In this document: one piece after another, positions 52,622-58,587 of the stretch
Layout: each line of letters starts with the position of its first letter
Numbering within the stretch: position 1 is the first letter of the stretch
NCBI GenBank assembly: GCA_964652775.1
Contig: CAZZAM010000014.1
Location: 1,848 to 65,847, forward strand
DNA: 64,000 nt
Origin: an uncultured candidatus Brocadiaceae bacterium
GTDB lineage: Bacteria; Planctomycetota; UBA11346
Reading direction: 5' to 3'
The notes under the pieces: model-generated
Databases searched by the model: none
Told to the model about the DNA's origin: nothing
The model's input: the letters and a program-made list of their open reading frames with translations, nothing else
Made by a program: the position numbers and the translations under genes

Positions 52622-54164
52622 GGTAAGGAATGGGCGGTAAAACCTGACCCGCCTGCAGCAGGTCTGCTCCCCACGTCAGCACGTGGCCGTTCTCGTTACT
52701 GGCATTGAACAGGGTGACTCCGATATCAAGAAAACTCGCCAAGCGTTCATCGCGGCGCGGCGTCAGTCCAGCGCCAATGAACAGGAGCGGCACGTATTCG
52801 CGCTGACCGGATGCATCGCGTGTTATTGCACTCTGCCAGCCCGGGCGATCGACATTGGCAGCGTGATCACCAAAGATGACAACCAGTCCAGTTGGCGATG
52901 CGGTTAAGAATCCGCTGATGAGTCGATCCAGCGGTGCATCTATGGCAGCCAACGCACTGAGATAGTCATTCGCCTGGTCGTCGCTGGTCAGGCGTGGGCC
53001 GTTCCACCACGCTTTATGATTCTGGAACGGCGCGTGGCTGGACATAGTGACGACGTGGAGGACGCGTGGTGATGGCAACAGCGGCAAGCGGGCGAGAACG
53101 GCGGTGACCAGCTCAGTATCGCGCGCACCGAATTCACCGGGATGTTGCCTAAGGCCGAGCGTGGTCAGGTCCCACAGGTCGAAACCGAGGCGTGGCATGA
53201 CCTGGGCGAAATTGAAATAGATACCAGGCAGACCATGGGCGAGGGCGGCGCTCCAGCCAGCGCGCCGGAGTTCGGCGACCCACGAGTGTGGCCACGCGTA
53301 GCCGCGCACATCAAACGATACCCGATCCCACAGCGGTTGGCAGCCAGCGATGATCGCTACATCGGCGTCGGAGCTGCCGCCGGGGCCGTGAAAACTAAGA
53401 CACTGCGGATAATAGATCCCGCTGGGAATCCGCGCCGCGAGCAATGGCATCGCCCATTCGATGCCGCCGACATCCAGCGATTCACATTGGATCAGGAGGA
53501 TGTCGCGGCGTTCGCTGCCACTGCTCAGTGTGCGCAATGACGCACCGTAATGGAATCCATCCGCCCCATTCGGCCCAGCGAGCAGATCATGCACTTGAAT
53601 GGCCAGCAAGCCGAACTCCGGCACAAACACGGTTGGTGCGCTGTAACGCTCCATGCGGTCGCGCTCCATGTGTCGCAGCACAGCATGCGTACGCCACCAC
53701 AACAAGCCGGTGACGATCGTCAGCAGCGTCGCACAGACTCCCGCCACTCGCCAGTTCGCTGGCTTCGACTCGCGATACCGCAACCACAGCAGCAGGAACG
53801 GCAGATCGAGCAGGATCCACAGCATCGGCAGGCTGAGGGGAATGGCTCCATGGCCGACCGCAGTGGCGCCTTCGTTGCCTGAGGACAGCACAGTGTACAC
53901 CGACAGATAGAGTCCGAAGTAGGTGAAGTAACTCCAACACACGGTCAGGTAGAGCGCTTGCAGTATCCACGCAATAATCGCTGCGCTGCGGCCCAGAGAG
54001 CACGCGGTCAGCCACCACAACGCTGACAAGATCAACGAGACAACAACGCCCGACTCGGTCTTCCAGGCATCGAAGTGACAGAAAGACAGATACCAGTCGA
54101 ATAGCGACAGCTTAGCCGTACTGGCAATGATCAACGTCAGGGGAATCAGGAGCCGCGCGCCCAT
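52599..54164 (-). CDS. membrane-anchored sulfatase-fold transferase (LTA synthase / phosphoglycerol- or phosphoethanolamine-transferase-like)
   Basis: About 5 N-terminal TM helices, followed by ILLIQCESLD, HVVTMSSHAPF and VVIFGDHA. This is the alkaline-phosphatase-superfamily motif order. Confidence 0.65.
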   Translation of the reverse strand: MGARLLIPLTLIIASTAKLSLFDWYLSFCHFDAWKTESGVVVSLILSALWWLTACSLGRSAAIIAWILQALYLTVCWSYFTYFGLYLSVYTVLSSGNEGATAVGHGAIPLSLPMLWILLDLPFLLLWLRYRESKPANWRVAGVCATLLTIVTGLLWWRTHAVLRHMERDRMERYSAPTVFVPEFGLLAIQVHDLLAGPNGADGFHYGASLRTLSSGSERRDILLIQCESLDVGGIEWAMPLLAARIPSGIYYPQCLSFHGPGGSSDADVAIIAGCQPLWDRVSFDVRGYAWPHSWVAELRRAGWSAALAHGLPGIYFNFAQVMPRLGFDLWDLTTLGLRQHPGEFGARDTELVTAVLARLPLLPSPRVLHVVTMSSHAPFQNHKAWWNGPRLTSDDQANDYLSALAAIDAPLDRLISGFLTASPTGLVVIFGDHAANVDRPGWQSAITRDASGQREYVPLLFIGAGLTPRRDERLASFLDIGVTLFNASNENGHVLTWGADLLQAGQVLPPIPYRDHQIAR

Positions 54165-54180
54165 GCTAGAAAGCTCTCTT

Positions 54181-54333
54181 CAAGGCAACCGCAGAGGCGC
54201 AGAGGCCGCAGAGGTCGCGGAGGTAGAGGTTTGTTGCGAGATTCCAACTGACTGAATGTTTTCTGTTAGATGACTGCCAAATGAAGGCCTCCTCTGCGAT
54301 CTCCGCGGCCTCTGCGCCTCTGAGGTTGCCTTG
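54181..54333. repeat. hairpin element E (GCAGAGGC-arm family)
   Basis: Arms are 54181-54229 and 54288-54333, with about 41 of 46 positions complementary by hand. The first 29 nt of the left arm (caaggcaaccgcagaggcgcagaggccgc) are identical to element D, 28 kb away. The loop is 58 nt. It lies 26 nt after the gltX stop. Confidence 0.85.
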
Positions 54334-54359
54334 GATGTATTCAACAGAAACGGTTATGT

Positions 54360-55847
54360 TCACCGGAGTTTCAATAACGCCGCCGCGATGCGTTCCTGAC
54401 AGCGCAACGCGCCGATCGCCGCGACGGTTTCGAACAGCGGCGGTGTCTCACGCCGGCCAGTCGTTGCGACGCGCAGCAGGCTGAAGGCGATCTTCGGCGA
54501 CCACAGCGCGGCGCGCGCCACATCGTCGGGCGTTGGCTCGGCAGGCTGCTTGCTCTGTTCAGTGCAGACCGCGCGGATTGCCGCTTCGACCGTGGCGGTA
54601 TTCCACGGGCTATCGGCAGCCTGCAATTCCTTGATCGCTTTCTGAAAGGCTTCCAGCACGGCGCGGGCCTTGTCCTTCTCGACGCCCTTGGGCAGCAGGT
54701 CTTCGAGGTGATGGGTGACCGCGACGGCGTAGAACGGTTCACTTTGCGCGAGGAAATCGCCACCGCGAGTCAGGCGCTCCTTCAGCAGTGGAAACAATTC
54801 ACTGAACCGGGTATCGACCGCGCGCACGACCTCGTCGCGCATGCGCTCAGGCGAGAGCTGGCGGAACCACAGGCCCTGGATGTGATCAAGCTTCTTGAGA
54901 TCGAAGACCGGGCCGACCACGTTGATGCGGTCGAGGTCGAAGAAGCCAGCCATGTCGGCCAGCGAAAACTGATCTTTTCCCTCCGGATGGCTGTGACCGA
55001 GCTGGGCGAGGAAGTTGAGCAGTGCCTCAGGCAGGAAGCCCTGGCGTTCGTACCACAACAGGCTGGTTGGATTCTTGCGCTTGCTGATTTTCGACTTGTC
55101 GGCATTGCGCAGCAGACCGACGTGGACGTATTCGGGCGGCGTAAAACCGAGATGCTGGTTGAGCCAAATGTGCTTCGACAGACTGTTCAGCCATTCTTCT
55201 GCGCGAATCACGTGGGTGATGCCCATCAGGTGATCATCGACCACGGCGGCGAGGTGATAGGTCGGCCAGCCGTCGCCCTTGAGCAGCACTTGGTCGTCGA
55301 TGTCCTTCCACGATTTCACGATCGGCTGTTTGCGCAGACGATCCTTGTACACGAAGTCGCCCTCCAGTGGCGTCTTCATGCGAATGACATGCGCGACTCC
55401 GGTTGCAGCGCGGACCTTGGCCTCGGCGACGGGGATCATTCGGCAGCGGCGATCGTACATGATCGGTAACTTGGCGGCGGATTGTGCGGCGCGCATCGTC
55501 GCGAGATCGGCGGCAGTACAAAAACAGTGATAGGCATCGCCCTGTTCAACCAATTGGTCGGCATACTTCCGATAGATGCCTAGCTTGACGCGCTCGGACT
55601 GAACGTATGGCCCGTGAGTACCGCCGACATCGGGACCCTCATCGTAGGTCAGGCCGAGCCATTTCAGCGAGCGGTAGATCGCCTGGGCGCTCTCGGGCGT
55701 ACAGCGGGTCTGATCGGTGTCTTCGATGCGCAGGATGAACTTGCCGCCGTGGCGACGGGCGAAACACCAGTTGAGCAACCCGATATAGGCGGTCCCAACG
55801 TGGGGTTCGCCAGTCGGGGATGGAGCAATGCGCACGCGGACGGTCAT
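54360..55847 (-). CDS. gltX: glutamate--tRNA ligase
   Basis: RIAPSPTGEPHVGTAYIGLLN (HIGH region), FILRIEDTD, KISKRK (KMSKS region). 495 aa. Confidence 0.9.
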   Translation of the reverse strand: MTVRVRIAPSPTGEPHVGTAYIGLLNWCFARRHGGKFILRIEDTDQTRCTPESAQAIYRSLKWLGLTYDEGPDVGGTHGPYVQSERVKLGIYRKYADQLVEQGDAYHCFCTAADLATMRAAQSAAKLPIMYDRRCRMIPVAEAKVRAATGVAHVIRMKTPLEGDFVYKDRLRKQPIVKSWKDIDDQVLLKGDGWPTYHLAAVVDDHLMGITHVIRAEEWLNSLSKHIWLNQHLGFTPPEYVHVGLLRNADKSKISKRKNPTSLLWYERQGFLPEALLNFLAQLGHSHPEGKDQFSLADMAGFFDLDRINVVGPVFDLKKLDHIQGLWFRQLSPERMRDEVVRAVDTRFSELFPLLKERLTRGGDFLAQSEPFYAVAVTHHLEDLLPKGVEKDKARAVLEAFQKAIKELQAADSPWNTATVEAAIRAVCTEQSKQPAEPTPDDVARAALWSPKIAFSLLRVATTGRRETPPLFETVAAIGALRCQERIAAALLKLR

Positions 55848-55895
55848 GGGGGGCGGAGTGTTGGGCTAGCGCACGATGAGCAAGGAGGCAGAGGC

Positions 55896-55983
55896 GGAGA
55901 AAAGGAAGAAGGAGGAAGGATGAATGATGAAAACCGAATGCGTTTTCTCATAATTCTGCCTTCTTCCTTCTTCCTTTTTCCCC
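55896..55983. repeat. hairpin element I (polypurine/polypyrimidine arms)
   Basis: The left arm ggagaaaaggaagaaggaggaaggatgaatgatgaaaac pairs with gttttctcataattctgccttcttccttcttcctttttcccc around a 7-nt loop, cgaatgc. Perfect runs of 10 bp and 6 bp exist, and roughly three quarters of positions pair by hand. It lies between the divergent gltX and metG starts and ends 15 nt before the metG ATG. Confidence 0.8.
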
Positions 55984-55998
55984 TATAAGCCCTTCCCC

Positions 55999-57933
55999 AT
56001 GACCACGCCGTCCGGCCCTCCTGACATCGCGACCATCCTGTCACGGGTGAAACGTCCGAGCCGCATGGTGGTGACGGCGGGCATGCCGTATGCCAATGGA
56101 CCACTTCATGTCGGCCATCTGGCCGGCGCGCATCTGCCGGCGGATATCTATGCGCGCTGGTGTCGCATGTTGATCGGGGCCGAGAACGTGCTGTTCGTCT
56201 GCGGCACTGACGACTTCGGATCGGCGAGTCCATTGGCGGCTGAGAAAGCCGGCAAGTCGCTTGATGGATTTCTCGCCGAGGTCCATGCCAAGCAACGGAC
56301 CACGCTCGCACGCTATTCAATCCAGCTTGATATCTATTCAGGCACCTCGCGTCCCGAGAGTCGCTCAACGCATGTTGCGCATGCTCAGGACATGCTGGTG
56401 CGACTGCATGGCAATGGTCTGCTCCTCAAGCGCACCAGTCAGCAGTGGTTTGATCCGGCGATTGGTCGCTTTTTGTCTGATCGCTTTGTGCGCGGGACGT
56501 GTCCGAATCAAAGATGCGGTTCGCCCGACGCCTACAGCGACGAGTGTGATCGCTGTGGACATCAGCACGCTCCGGATGAATTACTCAACCCGCGCAGCGA
56601 GTTGAGTAGCGCGACTCCAGAACTGCGTCCGACCAAGCATTGGTGGCTCGACATGTGGTCGGTGTCGGAAACGTTGCGCGTGTGGTTGCAAGGCAAGGAG
56701 AAGACGTGGCGGCGCAGCGTGCTGGCCGACTCGCTTGATCGCGTGCATCCAGCCGTGCATTTCCCCAATACGTTCGAGGCCGCCTACAAGGACCTCAAAG
56801 CGACGCTGCCGCCGCATAAGAGCAAGTACACGGCTGGTAAACGCGTGCTGTTGCAGTTTGTCGACAAGGCTGCCCTCGAAACTGGCCGTGCACAGTTGAC
56901 GGCGGCTGGCATCGAAAGTGTCTACGCCGATGAGTGGGCGTACCGTTCGATCACGCGCGATATCCCGTGGGGCATCGACCTGCCGCCGATCGATCCTGAT
57001 CTTGCCGGCAAGACACTCTATGTCTGGCCCGATTCACTGATCGCGCCGATCGCGTTTACCCAGGCGGCATTGAAAGCCAAAGGCCGTGATCCCCAGGAGT
57101 GGAAGCAGTACTGGTGTGATCCGTCAGCGCGGACGGTGCAGTTCCTTGGCCAAGACAACATCTTCTTTTACGTGCTGATGCAGGGTGCGCTGTGGATCGG
57201 CTCGCAGGCGGATCCCAAGCGGTTGCCGATTGCTGGCGAGTTGCAGCTCACCGATGTCGTTGCCAACTGCCACCTGATGGTCAACGGCGAGAAGATGAGC
57301 AAGACGCGCGGCAATTTCTTCACTGGCGATCAGCTGCTGGATGAACGCGGCTACGACGCCGATCAGATCCGCTACTACATGGCGCTGCTCGCGCTGTCGG
57401 AACGACCGTCTGACTTCGAGTTCCAGAAGCTCGACGATCGCAACGCATTCCTCGCCGGTCCGATGAACGCCGCGTTCGAGAAACCGATCTCCGCCGTCCA
57501 CGCCAAATTCGGCGGTCGTGTGCCCGAAGGCGTGGTCGGTGAGAAGGTCATGGCCGAAACCACGCGGATTATCGCGCGCTATGTCAAAGCGATGGATCGC
57601 GCCGACTACCCGAGCCTGCTCTTCGAGATCGAAAACTACGCGCGCACGGTCAACTCACTGTTCGCCCAGCATAAACCGCACGACGATCGTTTTCCTGAAC
57701 CGGCGCGGCGCGATGCGTTGTTCGCTTCATTCCATGTGGTTAAGAATCTGATGATCATGCTGTACCCGTTCGTCCCGGCGACGATGGAACGCGTGCGCGA
57801 ATCGCTGCGCCTGCCGAAGGACGTGTTCCGCATCGATGAACTAGGCAGTTCAATTCCAGTCGGACACGAGATTGGTCCGAAGGGGACGTACTTCCCTTCC
57901 GTGGGTCCACCACAGCAGATGGCGAATAGTTAG
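55999..57933 (+). CDS. metG: methionine--tRNA ligase (no C-terminal tRNA-binding appendix)
   Basis: PYANGPLHVGHLAG (HIGH), zinc knuckle CPNQRCGSPDAYSDECDRCG, KMSKTRGN (KMSKS). Confidence 0.9.
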   Translation: MTTPSGPPDIATILSRVKRPSRMVVTAGMPYANGPLHVGHLAGAHLPADIYARWCRMLIGAENVLFVCGTDDFGSASPLAAEKAGKSLDGFLAEVHAKQRTTLARYSIQLDIYSGTSRPESRSTHVAHAQDMLVRLHGNGLLLKRTSQQWFDPAIGRFLSDRFVRGTCPNQRCGSPDAYSDECDRCGHQHAPDELLNPRSELSSATPELRPTKHWWLDMWSVSETLRVWLQGKEKTWRRSVLADSLDRVHPAVHFPNTFEAAYKDLKATLPPHKSKYTAGKRVLLQFVDKAALETGRAQLTAAGIESVYADEWAYRSITRDIPWGIDLPPIDPDLAGKTLYVWPDSLIAPIAFTQAALKAKGRDPQEWKQYWCDPSARTVQFLGQDNIFFYVLMQGALWIGSQADPKRLPIAGELQLTDVVANCHLMVNGEKMSKTRGNFFTGDQLLDERGYDADQIRYYMALLALSERPSDFEFQKLDDRNAFLAGPMNAAFEKPISAVHAKFGGRVPEGVVGEKVMAETTRIIARYVKAMDRADYPSLLFEIENYARTVNSLFAQHKPHDDRFPEPARRDALFASFHVVKNLMIMLYPFVPATMERVRESLRLPKDVFRIDELGSSIPVGHEIGPKGTYFPSVGPPQQMANS

Positions 57934-57942
57934 TATTCAGTC

Positions 57943-58257
57943 ATGAAACGCTGGTGGATTCTTGTCATGGTTGGTTTGATTGTCTATCTTGTGGCCTATG
58001 CCCTACTGAGAGTGAATGGAAACATCATCATCTACACGCGGCTGGACACGTTTATGCGTGATGGCGTTGGGAATTCATTAGAGGGGAACCCTGACGAATC
58101 CAGGCCACATGGTTTTGTGGCCCTTTCAGAGTTTCGATGCTGTGTGATTTATTTCGACTCAGGTGCGCTGGAAGTGGTCGCCAAGATAGTATTCTGGCCG
58201 ACCATAAAGATGGAATCCATATGCCTCAGTGCGCATGGATTTGTTCGGTCATTTTAA
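57943..58257 (+). CDS. small hypothetical membrane protein (104 aa), low GC
   Basis: Starts 10 nt after the metG stop. N-terminal TM helix WWILVMVGLIVYLVAYALL. The first 60 nt hand-count to 45% G+C. No family recognised. Confidence 0.4.
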   Translation: MKRWWILVMVGLIVYLVAYALLRVNGNIIIYTRLDTFMRDGVGNSLEGNPDESRPHGFVALSEFRCCVIYFDSGALEVVAKIVFWPTIKMESICLSAHGFVRSF

Positions 58258-58374
58258 GATTTCGGCAATCTGTCGGTTTATCACGAGGTCGTTGATCTGC
58301 AGAACGTGCAATTACCGGACTGGCGTCTGGTATTGGGACAAATGAATCAGCCATATTGTACATGGGTCAACCAG

Positions 58375-58560
58375 CCCCAACGGGGCGGCGCTATCCCAGC
58401 CCAGGGCAACGCCCTGGGAACGTGGCGTTCTCTGCACCTGAGCCCTGTAGGGGCGACCCACACGATGTCCGACGCGATGGATCGCCCCTTCAGGGCTCGA
58501 ACGAGGGGATGCCTAAACCCAGGGCGTTGCCCTGGGCTGGGATCAGTCGCCCCGTTGGGG
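58375..58560. repeat. nested hairpin element J (CCCAGGGC-arm family)
   Basis: The outer arms 58375-58418 and 58518-58560 have 13 bp plus 26 bp of perfect complement around a 4-5 nt mismatch. Each arm contains its own 8-bp palindrome, cccagggc..gccctggg. The 99-nt loop holds an inner hairpin, 58440-58456 with 58482-58498, pairing 16 of 17 positions. It lies between convergent stops, 27 nt from the 58588 stop. Confidence 0.85.
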
Positions 58561-58587
58561 CTTACGAAAAGTAAATGGAAACTAGCC

